A stretch of 64,000 nt of DNA from Nitrospirota bacterium (GTDB lineage: Bacteria; Nitrospirota; Nitrospiria; Nitrospirales; NS-4), in contig CAWBGA010000001.1 of NCBI GenBank assembly GCA_963788195.1, forward strand, positions 320,001-384,000. Reading direction: 5' to 3'. The position numbers and the translations under genes were made by a program. Of this stretch, positions 1-10,802 are shown one piece after another. A model generated the notes under the pieces. The model saw nothing but the letters and a program-made list of their open reading frames with translations. It did no database searches and was not told the origin of the DNA. Position 1 is the first letter of the stretch. Each line of letters opens with the position of its first letter.

Positions 1-1
1 C

Positions 2-514
2 AAGGACAAGTCCCTGGCCTGGTACGAACAGGGTCAGCAGGCCGCTGAGACGGCGTTGAGCTATCAAGAAAACAGCGCGGACGCACATTTCCTGCTGGCC
101 GCAACCCGCGGGAACGTGGTGAACCTCCTGCCGTTCTGGAGGGTCTCTCCCGCCGTCATCGGGGACCTGGAAAAACATCTTCTGCGATCCCTGGATCTGG
201 AGCCCCGTCATGCCCGCGCGAACCACATGATGGGGATGTTGCTGTATCGGACCCCAGGGCCGTTGCGATTGATGCTTGTCGGTAAGCGAGGGGAGGTCGA
301 GAAATATCTACTTCGCTCGGTCGAATACGATCCCGGATTCGCACAGGCCCGTTTCCACCTCATGCAGTTTTACGTGCAGACGGGCCAGCCTGCGCAGGCG
401 CGTACTCAGGCGCAAGCCCTGGTCAATCTAGTGAACCCGTCCCCATACCGAATCTGGGCCGAAGAGTACCGGCCGGCCGCCGAGCAACTTCTCAAGAATC
501 TTCCTGCTTCGTAA
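2..514 (+). CDS. Tetratricopeptide-repeat protein, 5'-truncated by window edge
   Basis: Frame is open from base 2 to the TAA at 514; TPR-like helices (DLEPRHARANHMMGMLL, YDPGFAQARFHL). Confidence 0.75.
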   Translation, partial: KDKSLAWYEQGQQAAETALSYQENSADAHFLLAATRGNVVNLLPFWRVSPAVIGDLEKHLLRSLDLEPRHARANHMMGMLLYRTPGPLRLMLVGKRGEVEKYLLRSVEYDPGFAQARFHLMQFYVQTGQPAQARTQAQALVNLVNPSPYRIWAEEYRPAAEQLLKNLPAS

Positions 515-659
515 TTTCGGACCTGCCTGACCTCGCGCTGTCTTGCTTCCATCGGGGCGTTCCTCTAAAATTTCTCCATATAGGGGAAGATACCGGCTCG
601 CCGGTCTTTTATGGTGTAATGACTTGCCAGAGTTTGTGGGATTGAACAGGAACTGAGCA

Positions 660-1283
660 ATGATGGTGGGTTTTTTGCTCTGCGGCGCCATCCTCACCAC
701 AGGATCCCTGTCGCTGCCAGAGGTCCAGCCGGACGTGCAGAGTTCCTCAGTCCTCGAAGATCTACAGAACGCGGTTCGCGAGTCACCGGATGATGCTGAG
801 GCGCGCCTGAAACTCGGAATCGCCTATGCCGAAATCGAAGACTATGACCTGGCGATGGCCGAACTTGTCGAATCGATTCGGCTCAATCCCGACAATGCTC
901 GGAATCTCAACGCCTATGCCAACTTTCGCATCGGAATGATTTTGGCGGCGTTGGAGCGGCCGGCGCTTGCCGTGAATGCCTATCGAGAAGCCCAGAGGCT
1001 TGGATTCAAGTCGTCTTCAGTTCATTCGGCCCTGGGAGAGGCTCTGGCCGCGCAGCGGAAGTTCGATGAAGCAATCACGGAATATCGCGCGGCGCTTGTG
1101 CTTGACCCGGACTCCTTCCCCGCGCATGCAGGCCTCGCGCTGTCCTTGGAGGCCTCTGGTTCTGTGGAGGAAGCCCTCAGGGAGTATGAGACGGCTCTCC
1201 AGGTTGCGCCTCCTGCAGACGAGCACGTCGTTGCAGCCATCACCCAAAGGCTCAGGATCCTGAAAGACCGCCGGCAATTGTAG
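660..1283 (+). CDS. TPR-repeat protein with N-terminal signal-like segment
   Basis: Several TPR motifs (PDDAEARLKLGIAY, VHSALGEAL, DPDSFPAHAGLA). Confidence 0.85.
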   Translation: MMVGFLLCGAILTTGSLSLPEVQPDVQSSSVLEDLQNAVRESPDDAEARLKLGIAYAEIEDYDLAMAELVESIRLNPDNARNLNAYANFRIGMILAALERPALAVNAYREAQRLGFKSSSVHSALGEALAAQRKFDEAITEYRAALVLDPDSFPAHAGLALSLEASGSVEEALREYETALQVAPPADEHVVAAITQRLRILKDRRQL

Positions 1284-1286
1284 CCG

Positions 1287-3797
1287 ATGCCGACTTCAGA
1301 CGACGCGCTTCAGTCACGAAGACGTCACCGTGGGGTGATCGGCATCGAAAGCAAAGTCCCTATCAGGGACCGGTCCGTGCTTAGTCTCATCTATACGCCG
1401 GGAGTGGCTGAACCGTGCCTGGCCATTCACGCCGATCCGCAGAAGTCTTTCGAATACACCTGTCGTGGCAACACCATCGCTCTCGTGACCGACGGTTCCA
1501 AGGTGCTGAACCTCGGCAATCCGGGGCCCTACGCGGCCATGCCGGTCATGGAGGGGAACTCGGTGTTGTTGAAGACTTTTGCAGGCGTGGACGCTTTTCC
1601 ACTCTGCCTCAATACCCTGGATCCTGACGAGATCGTCGACAGTATCGCGCTGCTGGCGCCCACGTTTGGGGCGATCTGCCTCGAAGACATCACGGCGCCG
1701 CGCTGTTTTCCAATTGAAGAACGCCTGGCGCGAGCGACGAACATTCCCGTCTTTCATACCGATCAACATGCCGCGGCCATCGAGGTTCTCGCCGCTCTCA
1801 TGAATGCCGGCAAGCTCGTAGACAAGCCCGTTGCCTCGATGCGGATCGTCATCAACGGCGCCGGCGCTGCGGGTATCGGCACGGCTAAGCTGTTATTAAG
1901 GTACGGGGTAAAGAATATTATCCTATGCGACCGGGCCGGCGCGATCTACAAGTATCGGCCCACGCGGATGAACTGGGTGAAGTCGGAAATGGCATTGTCG
2001 ACGAACCCGGACCAGCAGCAGGGTTCGCTGGAGGCGGTACTCGCCGGCGCGGATGTCTTCGTTGGATTTTCAGAGGGCGGGGTCTTGAAGGGTGAGGCGA
2101 TCGCCACCATGGCCAGGGATCCCATTGTTCTTGCGCTCGCTTTGCCTGAGCCCGAGATCCGCCCCGAGGTGGCCAAGCGTTGTGGGGCCGCAATCGCAGC
2201 GAGCGGCCGAGCGGACCTGCCCAACGGGGTGAATACTGCGATGGTGGTTCCGGGTGTCTTTCGCGGGTTGCTCGACGTTGCTGCGCACCGGATGAACGAT
2301 GAGATGAAGATTGCTGCTGCACAGGCTCTCGCCGGCGCGATTGCTTCTGATCATCTGCATCGTGATCAGATTCTCCCTGAGCTGATGGATTTCCGTGTGG
2401 CGCCGGCGATCGCGGAAGCGGTCGCGCTGGCCGCGATCGAGACGGGCCAGGCCCGAAAGGTGGTGAGTCCCGAGCTTATCCGCGACAGGACGCTTCACTA
2501 TGTGTACGAGGGCCGCTGGCCGCTGCCGCCTGAAACTACAGGGCCAGGTGCGACGCTGGGCGAGCAATCACTGGATCTTCACGCGAGATACCGCGGCATC
2601 CTGCAGATCAAGCCGAAGATTCCCATCAGGGACGTGACGGTACTGAAGGGATTTTATGTCTCGCCGGGTCTCGCGGGTCCCGTGGAAGAGATCGCTCGCG
2701 ACCCGATGAAGGTCTACGATTATACCGCCAAGGGCAACCTTGTGGCCGTGGTTACGGACGGGTCTGCGGTGCTCGGACTCGGCGATCTCGGTCCACGGGC
2801 AGCGTTGCCCGTGATGGAAGGAAAGGCGGTCCTGTTTAATTTTTATGCCGGCATTGAGGCATTCCCAATATGCTTGGGGACGCAGGATCCGGATGAAATT
2901 GTCGCGGTCATCAAACATATCTCCCCGACCTTTGGAGGCATCAACCTGGAAGACATCGCCTCGCCGCACTGTTTCGAGATAGAGGCACGTCTGCGGACGG
3001 AGTTGGATATTCCGGTGTTTCACGACGATCAGCACGGCACGGCGGTGGTCGTCCTCGCGGGCCTTATCAATGCCATGCGGCTACTCAATCGCAGGCTCGA
3101 GGAGGCGAAGATTGTTGTGTGCGGCGCAGGCGCCGCGGGATCGGCCATCGCACAGTTGTTGCTGAAGCGCGGCGTTAAGGACCTGCTGCTCGTGGACGTG
3201 TATGGAATCGTTTACGACGGCCGCCCAGTAGGAATGAACCCGACTCTTTCGGCCCTTGCTCGACAGACAAACTTGGGGCGGCTTAGCGGTGATCTCGCCA
3301 AAGCCGTTCGGGGCGCCGATACCTTCATCGGCGTCTCGGTCGGCGGGGTACTCAAGCCCGAGATGCTGCAGACAATGGCCGCCGGGCCCATCATCTTTGC
3401 CCTTGCCAATCCCGTGCCGGAGATCATGCCGATGGATGCCTTCGCGGCTGGGGCCCGGATTGTCGCGACGGGCCGTTCCGATTTTGCGAACCAGGTGAAC
3501 AATAGCCTGGTGTTTCCTGGCGTGTTCCGCGGAGCACTCGACGTGCGCGCCACGACGATCACGACAGACATGGAACTTGCGGCAGCGGTGGCGCTTGCGG
3601 ATGTCATCCCTCGGCACGATCTCAGGCCGGATTATATTATCCCGGAGGCATTTGATTTCCGCGTACCTCCCAATGTGGCCGCGGCCGTCGCGCGTTCCGC
3701 CATTGAAGGTGGCGTCGCCAGGATCATACGCGATCCTGACACCATTTTGCGTGAGACCCGCGCCTTTCTCTATGAAGGGCAACTGGGCAACTTCTAA
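1287..3797 (+). CDS. NAD(P)-dependent malic enzyme, tandem duplication of two small-type ME domains
   Basis: Two copies of the ME motifs (VTDGS, PVMEG, LEDI, GAGAAG, ALANP/ALALP, PGVFRG) in 836 aa. Confidence 0.92.
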   Translation: MPTSDDALQSRRRHRGVIGIESKVPIRDRSVLSLIYTPGVAEPCLAIHADPQKSFEYTCRGNTIALVTDGSKVLNLGNPGPYAAMPVMEGNSVLLKTFAGVDAFPLCLNTLDPDEIVDSIALLAPTFGAICLEDITAPRCFPIEERLARATNIPVFHTDQHAAAIEVLAALMNAGKLVDKPVASMRIVINGAGAAGIGTAKLLLRYGVKNIILCDRAGAIYKYRPTRMNWVKSEMALSTNPDQQQGSLEAVLAGADVFVGFSEGGVLKGEAIATMARDPIVLALALPEPEIRPEVAKRCGAAIAASGRADLPNGVNTAMVVPGVFRGLLDVAAHRMNDEMKIAAAQALAGAIASDHLHRDQILPELMDFRVAPAIAEAVALAAIETGQARKVVSPELIRDRTLHYVYEGRWPLPPETTGPGATLGEQSLDLHARYRGILQIKPKIPIRDVTVLKGFYVSPGLAGPVEEIARDPMKVYDYTAKGNLVAVVTDGSAVLGLGDLGPRAALPVMEGKAVLFNFYAGIEAFPICLGTQDPDEIVAVIKHISPTFGGINLEDIASPHCFEIEARLRTELDIPVFHDDQHGTAVVVLAGLINAMRLLNRRLEEAKIVVCGAGAAGSAIAQLLLKRGVKDLLLVDVYGIVYDGRPVGMNPTLSALARQTNLGRLSGDLAKAVRGADTFIGVSVGGVLKPEMLQTMAAGPIIFALANPVPEIMPMDAFAAGARIVATGRSDFANQVNNSLVFPGVFRGALDVRATTITTDMELAAAVALADVIPRHDLRPDYIIPEAFDFRVPPNVAAAVARSAIEGGVARIIRDPDTILRETRAFLYEGQLGNF

Positions 3798-3959
3798 TGA
3801 GACCCTTCCGGGTCTCGTCACTCCCCATTCCGTACAGCTACAGATCGTCAGCATAAAGGAATACAGTGTATTGGAGAGTACCGCGTGGGATTTTGTGGAG
3901 ACAGGTGCGATCGGCACTCGTCCCATAAAGATTGAACAGCGACCGAATGGAGGAATGAC

Positions 3960-4331
3960 ATGGCGACACAACTTGCAATCAATAATCCGGCGAAGGCGAA
4001 AGAATATTTCGAGAATAAATTAGCGTTCACGACCGGGCCCGTGGAACTCGAACGAATGATGAAGAACAACGAGGTCAATGTCGTGGATGTGCGAGCCGCC
4101 GAAGATTATGCCGAAGGCCATATTCCAGGCGCGATCAATCTGCCCAAGGATCAGTGGCACACCCTCAAAGGCCTCCGCAAAGATAAAGTCAATGTGGTGT
4201 ACTGCTATTCGTTGGTTTGTCATCTCGCCGCCACGGCCGCGGTCGAATTCGCCGGCAAAGGCTATCCTGTGATGGAATTGGACGGCGGCTGGCGGTGGTG
4301 GAAGGACGATGAATTCACGATCGAGAAGTAA
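3960..4331 (+). CDS. Rhodanese-like domain protein
   Basis: VVDVR, GHIPGAINLP, VVYC, LDGG motifs; GGAGG RBS. Confidence 0.9.
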   Translation: MATQLAINNPAKAKEYFENKLAFTTGPVELERMMKNNEVNVVDVRAAEDYAEGHIPGAINLPKDQWHTLKGLRKDKVNVVYCYSLVCHLAATAAVEFAGKGYPVMELDGGWRWWKDDEFTIEK

Positions 4332-4546
4332 AGATCGATAGCTGAACGGCGACGTAGCCTAACGAGACCTAGGCAATAGCTTCTTTCGCATTTTCATCCG
4401 ACGTGCCGACGACCGGCATGCAGGTGGATGAGACAAATAATCTAGAAAGAATCGTATCTATTCGTCTGCTCTTGGGGTTCCGCTGCGTTATAATCTTGCC
4501 GTCTAGTTATTGGAATTACCGGATGTGTGCCAGAAAGGAAGGCGCT

Positions 4547-5083
4547 ATGAGTGCATTGCAAATCGGGGATCAGGCGCCGCGCTTTGAACTACCTGGCGTC
4601 GACGGACGCACATACGGCCTCGAAGAATTTGTCGGCACGCCTCTTCTGGTCGTGATTTTCAGCTGCAATCATTGTCCGTATGTGCAGGCCTACGAGGATC
4701 GAATGATCTCCATCCAGAGGGATTATCGGCCTCGCGGCGTTCAGCTGATCGCGATTAATTCAAACGACGACGTGAACTATCCCCAGGACAGCTTCAACGC
4801 CATGGTAGAGCGAGCGACCGCCAAGGCCTTCAATTTTCCGTATCTGCGTGACGCCAACCAGGTGGTGGCCAAGGCCTATGGAGCAACGCACACGCCGCAG
4901 TTGTTTGTGTTTGATCATGGCCGGAAACTGCGCTATACGGGAAAGATCGATGACAACTGGCAGAACCCGGCCGCGGTGAAAAGGCACTACCTTCGCGAGG
5001 CGTTGGATGCCTTGATAGAAGGAGGCGCGCCTGCTGAGGCCGAAACCCATGCGATTGGTTGCACCATTAAATGGGCCGGTTAG
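4547..5083 (+). CDS. Thioredoxin-fold AhpC/TSA (PRX-like1) protein
   Basis: CNHCPYV, YTGKIDD and IGCTIKW motifs; start taken at ATG 4547 after an AAGGAAGG RBS. Confidence 0.9.
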   Translation: MSALQIGDQAPRFELPGVDGRTYGLEEFVGTPLLVVIFSCNHCPYVQAYEDRMISIQRDYRPRGVQLIAINSNDDVNYPQDSFNAMVERATAKAFNFPYLRDANQVVAKAYGATHTPQLFVFDHGRKLRYTGKIDDNWQNPAAVKRHYLREALDALIEGGAPAEAETHAIGCTIKWAG

Positions 5084-5094
5084 ATTGTCGCCAG

Positions 5095-5172
5095 TTGTCA
5101 CCCTGAACGAAGTGAAGGGTCTAGATTCTTCGCTTCGCTCAGAATGACAACGGGTGGTGGTCAGAATGACAA
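5095..5172. repeat. REP-like imperfect palindrome between convergent genes
   Basis: TTGTCACCCTGAACGAAGTGAAGGGTCT / AGATTCTTCGCTTCGCTCAGAATGACAA inverted arms (5095-5150), plus an extra TCAGAATGACAA copy at 5161-5172. Confidence 0.75.
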
Positions 5173-5186
5173 TGCGGTGAATGACA

Positions 5187-5672
5187 TCAGATCCCGAGCG
5201 CCTTTCTGATGTTCTGCACGATTACCTCGGGCGGATCGGACACATCGACGACAATTGCGTCATGAGGTTCCTCGAGAATCGAAAACTGACTTTTGAGCAA
5301 ATTCACCTTCATGAAGTGATTGGCTCTTTGGCGCAGGCGCGCTTCAATCAATTCAAAACTGCCCTTCAGATAGACCATGTGCATGCGCGCCGGATCTACC
5401 AGCACAGTTTTTCGGTAGTCGGTTTTTAGGCACGAGCAGGTCAGTACCGCGTTCGTGTTTTCCCGCAGCCAGGCCTCAATGGCAGCGCGCATGGCTGCAA
5501 GCCAGGGTGTCCGGTCCGCGTCGTCCAGCGGGATCCCACGGCTCATCTTTTCAATGTTCGCGGGTGGATGGAATTCATCGGAATCGCGAAAAGTCCAGGA
5601 CAGCTCTTCGGCCAGCAGCCGTGCTACGGTTGTTTTGCCGGAACCGGCAACCCCCATGATGATAAGGATCAT
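5187..5672 (-). CDS. gntK: Gluconokinase (GntK/IdnK family)
   Basis: MGVAGSGKTT P-loop, DEFHPPANIEKM, HFMK..LLKSQF. Confidence 0.9.
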   Translation of the reverse strand: MILIIMGVAGSGKTTVARLLAEELSWTFRDSDEFHPPANIEKMSRGIPLDDADRTPWLAAMRAAIEAWLRENTNAVLTCSCLKTDYRKTVLVDPARMHMVYLKGSFELIEARLRQRANHFMKVNLLKSQFSILEEPHDAIVVDVSDPPEVIVQNIRKALGI

Positions 5673-6810
5673 GCCGGAGCGCCTTTTTCACGATAGCGTC
5701 CAGCATACGAAGCGTGGCCGGGAAGGCGGCTGACAGGGCCGCAATCCGGCCCAAGGCCTCTTCCCGTTCTGCCCCCATTAGTATAAAAGGTTGGAAGGGC
5801 GCCTCGGGCCAGCGGGTCGTCTGAATCGGTACGATCTCGGCGGTGACGGGCTGATCGCTTCCGATCTGGAGTAGCGCGACACCCGAGAGCTTGTCCTGCG
5901 GATCTTTCCTGCCGCCGTAGACAAAGTTCCCGAGAGAGTAGAAGATCGGCGCTCCCCGATAGACTTCTATTCCCTGAAGGCGATGAGGATGTGCGCCTAG
6001 GACAGCCTTACACCCGAGGTCGATACACAGGTGCGCGAGGGTGACCTGATACGGTTGCACGTTAGTCGAGCCCTCTTTACCCCAGTGGAAGTAGGGTATC
6101 ACCGCATCCACGCGGGGTAGGAGCAGGGGCACATCCTCTGTGATCTGCTTCAGGATGCAGCGAATGTCTACGTAGCACCCGGCCACGCCAGGGCTGGTCT
6201 CGGTGGCGAAGAGTTCGCGGGGCTCCAATATATCGGCGGCAGTCTGAAAGTAATACCCCAGAAAGCCGATTTTCAGGCCGCGGCGTTCCACAATGGCGGG
6301 CATGCGAGCCTCAGGGAGCGTCATCCCGGCGCCGAAGTGTGCGATATCGGCGTCTGTAAGAGTGTCCATGGTGTCTTCCATTCCTATCGCACCATAGTCC
6401 ATTGTATGGTTATTGGCGAGGGTGACGACGTCAACGGAACCGGCTTTCAGAATCTCAACAAGCTCGGGTCTTGCACGAAAATTAAAATTCTTAGGAATCA
6501 AGACGCCTCGATCGGTCAGCGGGCATTCCAGATTGACCAGAGCCAGGTCGGCGCGGCCCAGCAGGTCTGCTACTCCGGAAAAATAGAGCTGGAGTAACTG
6601 CTCTCGATTCACTCCTGACTGTAGCTGTGCATCGTAGTGCGCTTCCAAGTTGTACCCCAGGACAGTATCACCGGCCGCTGCAAGGAGCACTGAACCGTCA
6701 CGCGGTGAAGCGAAGTTCTCGGCCAAGGCGGCAGGAAACCGGTTACGATGGGGTCTTATTTGTGTGGCGAGCAGGGCGCCCAGGCCCAAAAGAAAGTCAC
6801 GGCGTCGCAT
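5575..6810 (-). CDS. CapA family (PGA_cap) metallophosphoesterase with Tat-like signal; true stop probably near 5669
   Basis: MRRRDFL signal; AAGD, NLE, LANNH, HWG, GAHPH and YSLGNF motifs; 98-bp overlap with gntK suggests a terminal indel. Confidence 0.85.
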   Translation of the reverse strand: MRRRDFLLGLGALLATQIRPHRNRFPAALAENFASPRDGSVLLAAAGDTVLGYNLEAHYDAQLQSGVNREQLLQLYFSGVADLLGRADLALVNLECPLTDRGVLIPKNFNFRARPELVEILKAGSVDVVTLANNHTMDYGAIGMEDTMDTLTDADIAHFGAGMTLPEARMPAIVERRGLKIGFLGYYFQTAADILEPRELFATETSPGVAGCYVDIRCILKQITEDVPLLLPRVDAVIPYFHWGKEGSTNVQPYQVTLAHLCIDLGCKAVLGAHPHRLQGIEVYRGAPIFYSLGNFVYGGRKDPQDKLSGVALLQIGSDQPVTAEIVPIQTTRWPEAPFQPFILMGAEREEALGRIAALSAAFPATLRMLDAIVKKALRHDPYHHGGCRFRQNNRSTAAGRRAVLDFSRFR

Positions 6811-6924
6811 TGGGTGGATTCAAGCATAGTCTCCCCATGCCCGGCAATGTCCTCTGCGGGTTACTCTTGACCCGCACCTCGCGGTATGTTTTCCTTGTGC
6901 GGGCGCCAGACAGGAGTTTTTCGC

Positions 6925-8454
6925 ATGCTTGACGACGAGCTCAAACTGCTGCACAGGTTGTTCCTGGAACTCGGTGCGACCACGATGCTGGCGGCCGTGC
7001 TCTTCGGCGTTTATTTCTTCATTGCGCACAAGCGTGCCAAGCGCGTTCCCTGGAGTTTCTTTGCCCTCTTTATCGGGACCCTGGTCCTGTACATCCTTCT
7101 CATACTCGATGAGAGTGACCTGCCGTTTCTTCAAGCGATCGATCTCTGGAAGAGTGTCGCTCTCTGGCTGAAGTTCAGCGCGTACATCGCCACCACGTTT
7201 TTCTTCATCAAGGCGATAGATCTGGTCCTCGTGGAAGATTTCCTCATCGCCAAGAAGGACTTCTATATCCCTGAGCTGTTGAGGTTGCTGTTCATGATAA
7301 CCGCCCTGGCTCTCGCAGGACTGGTTTTCCTGCGCACCGTCATGGGGATCAACGTGATTGCGCTTGTGGCCATCCCCACGGCGCTCACCGCCGTCGTCGG
7401 TTTTGCTCTTCAGGACACCATCAAACGGTTCTTCGCCGGGATCACCTTAGGCAAGTTGGTACGGGCAGGGGACTGGGTGATGGTTGCGGGCCGCGAAGGA
7501 AGGGTCACGGATGTGGACCTGGGGCATTTAACCATCCTGACCCGAGAAGATGACTTGGTGATGATTCCTAATAATATCGTGCTTCAACAGGACATTTTAA
7601 ACTATAACCGGCCGACCACTGCGCATGCCCGTTCGGTCGTTGTCGGTGCTGCGTACGATGTCTCCCCGGGTGAGGTACAGCGGGTTCTTATCGATGCTGT
7701 CAAAGCGGTTCCCGGGGTGCTGAGCGAGCCGCCACCGCGCGCATTCACTGCGGCCTTTAAGGATTCCAGTGTCGAATACCGCATGAAATACTGGATCAAC
7801 GATTATGCCAAGGCTCCCGATATCGACGGCCAGGTCTTGAGCTATATCTGGAACGCGTTCAAACGGCATAGCATTGAGATCCCATTCCCGCATCGCATGG
7901 TCCGGATCGTGAAATCCGAGGAAGCCTCGGCGGCGGTGTCCAAAGAGCGGGGGCAGATCCAGGAGGCCCTGCGCCGCGTGGACTTTTTATCGGTCCTCAG
8001 TCCCGAGGAGCTTCAGGGTCTTGCCGAGGAGACAACGATTCGGGTCTATATGCCGGGTGAGGTGGTAGTTCATCAAGGAGATCAAGGATCGGAGTTGTTC
8101 TTTATCCTCGATGGCCATGCCGAAGTCCGAGTGGGGGAGGGGCCACAGTCGGTCCTTGCCACATTGCATCCTCTGCAATTTTTCGGCGAGATGGCGTTGC
8201 TCACGGGAGAGGCGCGTTCGGCCACTGTCGTGGCGCAAACGCGTCTTGAGGTGCTGGTGCTGAACAAGGAAAATATGTCCCGCCTGTTTAATACCAACCC
8301 ACTGTTGGTGGAGCGGATGAGTGCCGTGCTGGTGAAACGACAGACGGAGCTCGTCGCGCATCAGGAGCAGACAGCCCGGCGGGGCGAGACCAAGCAGGAG
8401 GACCGAGTGCGCTCTCTGGGAGACCGCATCCGAAAATTCTTTGGCCTCTCCTGA
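6925..8454 (+). CDS. MscS-family mechanosensitive channel with C-terminal cyclic-nucleotide-binding domain
   Basis: N-terminal TM helices, GFALQDT, IPN, IEIPFP; cNMP domain FFGEMALLTGEARSATV. Confidence 0.9.
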   Translation: MLDDELKLLHRLFLELGATTMLAAVLFGVYFFIAHKRAKRVPWSFFALFIGTLVLYILLILDESDLPFLQAIDLWKSVALWLKFSAYIATTFFFIKAIDLVLVEDFLIAKKDFYIPELLRLLFMITALALAGLVFLRTVMGINVIALVAIPTALTAVVGFALQDTIKRFFAGITLGKLVRAGDWVMVAGREGRVTDVDLGHLTILTREDDLVMIPNNIVLQQDILNYNRPTTAHARSVVVGAAYDVSPGEVQRVLIDAVKAVPGVLSEPPPRAFTAAFKDSSVEYRMKYWINDYAKAPDIDGQVLSYIWNAFKRHSIEIPFPHRMVRIVKSEEASAAVSKERGQIQEALRRVDFLSVLSPEELQGLAEETTIRVYMPGEVVVHQGDQGSELFFILDGHAEVRVGEGPQSVLATLHPLQFFGEMALLTGEARSATVVAQTRLEVLVLNKENMSRLFNTNPLLVERMSAVLVKRQTELVAHQEQTARRGETKQEDRVRSLGDRIRKFFGLS

Positions 8455-8470
8455 GATCCTTCTGAAAGAT

Positions 8471-8956
8471 TTATTTTTCCGCTCGCGCTGATACATCAAA
8501 GCTAAGCTGCATACCTTTGGCAAGCTTGAGGCGTTTGATCGACCCGGCAGGGACCTCCAAGGCGTACGAGGCGTCGTACGCCGGTTGGTATTGCAGGCAA
8601 GGGTCTCCTAGACAGCCCGGAATATTTTCGACAAGATCAACAACTTTCTTATTGGAATCCATCCAAAGTATATCCAGTGGAATCTTGGTATTCTTCATCC
8701 AAAAGACCCATTGCCCTGGCTCGCTGAACACGAACAGCATCCCGCGGTCACTGGCCAACTGGTCGCGAAACATCAGCCCACGCGCGCGTTTTTCATTCGT
8801 ATCGGCCAGCTCTGCACGAATCCGGGTGCCGTTGGGATAGGCTACGGTGATGAAGGTGGCAATGCTGCTTGCCGACACCTGCGGGCGAGCCTCAATTTCA
8901 GCGTGAAGGACGGAGGCGAAGAGTCCAATAACACATAAGATAATGCGCCCCGGCAT
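8471..8956 (-). CDS. DUF192 family exported protein
   Basis: RGLMFR, GMLFVF, FWMKNT, ALEVPAG. Confidence 0.9.
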   Translation of the reverse strand: MPGRIILCVIGLFASVLHAEIEARPQVSASSIATFITVAYPNGTRIRAELADTNEKRARGLMFRDQLASDRGMLFVFSEPGQWVFWMKNTKIPLDILWMDSNKKVVDLVENIPGCLGDPCLQYQPAYDASYALEVPAGSIKRLKLAKGMQLSFDVSARAEK

Positions 8957-9073
8957 GGGTGTTGTATCATAGGCAACGTCCCGGAGCGTGTCAATTTCCC
9001 CTTTCTTGACAAGCTTATAGGGGCTGCGTTACGGTTTCCGAGGCGCGCCACCTAGGAGCTCTCGTCGAGTACT

Positions 9074-10792
9074 ATGGAACGACCCTGGCTCAAACATTAC
9101 GGGGCGGGGGTTCCTGCCACCCTGTCATACCCGGAAATCCCGCTCCATCAGACGCTGACCGATTCGGCTCGTCGATTTCCCGAACGTCCGGCGCTCGAAT
9201 TCTATGGCCGCTCTCTGACCTACCAGGAATTAGAGGACCTCACTGGACGGTTTGCGAGTGCGTTAACTGAGCTAGGAGTTCAAAAGGGCGATCGTGTCGC
9301 CGTGATGCTTCCGAATGTGCCTCAAACACTGATCGCTTATTTCGGGACGCTCAAAATGGGGGCGTGTGTAGTCCAGACGAACCCCCTGTATGTCGCTCGG
9401 GAGATCAGTCATCAGATAAATGACTCGGGGGCCGAGACAATTGTCACGCTCGATCAGTTTTATCCGCGAATCCAAGAAATAATGCCCGAGACGCCGCTCA
9501 AGCGGGTCATCCTTACCAATGTCCGCGACTATTTGCCCTGGCTGAAGCGGCTGCTTTATCCCTTGAAAGCCCGTCGCGAGCGCCAGTGGGTGGTGGTCAA
9601 ACGCGCGCCGCCCGTTTATGATTTTGGGGTGCTGATACGAGCCGCGCCGCGTGAGTTTCGAGCCCCTGCGGTGGGCCCGCACGATTTGGCGCTCCTGCAG
9701 TATACGGGAGGAACGACCGGCGTGCCCAAAGGCGCAATGCTCACGCATCGCAATCTTGTGGCGAACACTGTGCAGTGCCGCTACTGGTTGAATGGACTGC
9801 AAGACGGTCAGGAAGTTTTTCTGGGCGTCCTGCCGTTCTTCCATGTTTACGGGATGAGCACATGCCAAAATCTGGCGATCCTGCTGGCCGCCAAGATTGT
9901 CCTATTGCCCAAATTTCAGGCTGATGAAGTTCTCAACGCCATCGTGAAGCACCATATCACTGCCTTCCCCGGCATCCCGGCAATGTACATGGCCCTCAAT
10001 AACCATCCCAAGGTCGGGGAGTACAATCTGCGCTCGGTGCGCTATTGCATCAGCGGGGCTGGACCCCTGTTCTCCGAAGTGCAAAACCGATTTGAAACGC
10101 TGACAGGATCGCGCCTTGTTGAGGGCTATGGCTTGACTGAGGCCTCGCCGGTGACCCATTGTAACCCCATGATCGGAGAGCGTCGCCCCCGAAGTATCGG
10201 CGTGCCGGTCCCGGATACCGACGTGAGATTGATGGATCTTGAGACCGGTGGACCGGTGAGTGAAGTGGGGGCTACTGGAGAGATGCAAATCAAGGGGCCG
10301 CAAGTCATGCGTGGATATTGGAAAAAGGATGAGGAAAACGCCGCGGCCTTTCAGGATGGGTGGCTGTGCACGGGCGACATGGCTTCAGTCGATAAGGACG
10401 GGTTCTTTTATATTCAGGATCGAAAAAAGGACATGATCAAATCCGGAGGCATGAATGTCTACCCGCGAGAAGTGGACGAGTGTCTCTGTCAGCACCCGAA
10501 GGTGAAGGACGCCTGTGTCATCGGAATACCCCAAGAGTTACGGGGTGAGAAGATCAAAGCGTTTGTGGTTTTAAAAGAGGGACAGAACGCGACAGCCGCT
10601 GAATTGCTGGAACATTGCCGTGAGCGACTGGCGAAATTCAAAGTGCCCAAGCAGATCGAGTTCCGGACAGAGCTTCCCAAGACGCTCGTCGGCAAGGTTT
10701 TGAGGCGGGTGCTTCTGGACGAGGAGCTCAAGAGTATGAAGACGCGTGAGCCGGTCGCGGCCAAGCCGGAAAATGGGGTCAGAGTCGATTAA
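9074..10792 (+). CDS. fadD: Long-chain fatty acid-CoA ligase
   Basis: YTGGTTGVPKG, EGYGLTE, TGD and LPKTLVGK adenylate-forming motifs. Confidence 0.92.
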   Translation: MERPWLKHYGAGVPATLSYPEIPLHQTLTDSARRFPERPALEFYGRSLTYQELEDLTGRFASALTELGVQKGDRVAVMLPNVPQTLIAYFGTLKMGACVVQTNPLYVAREISHQINDSGAETIVTLDQFYPRIQEIMPETPLKRVILTNVRDYLPWLKRLLYPLKARRERQWVVVKRAPPVYDFGVLIRAAPREFRAPAVGPHDLALLQYTGGTTGVPKGAMLTHRNLVANTVQCRYWLNGLQDGQEVFLGVLPFFHVYGMSTCQNLAILLAAKIVLLPKFQADEVLNAIVKHHITAFPGIPAMYMALNNHPKVGEYNLRSVRYCISGAGPLFSEVQNRFETLTGSRLVEGYGLTEASPVTHCNPMIGERRPRSIGVPVPDTDVRLMDLETGGPVSEVGATGEMQIKGPQVMRGYWKKDEENAAAFQDGWLCTGDMASVDKDGFFYIQDRKKDMIKSGGMNVYPREVDECLCQHPKVKDACVIGIPQELRGEKIKAFVVLKEGQNATAAELLEHCRERLAKFKVPKQIEFRTELPKTLVGKVLRRVLLDEELKSMKTREPVAAKPENGVRVD

Positions 10793-10802
10793 GGAGTGGA
10801 TC

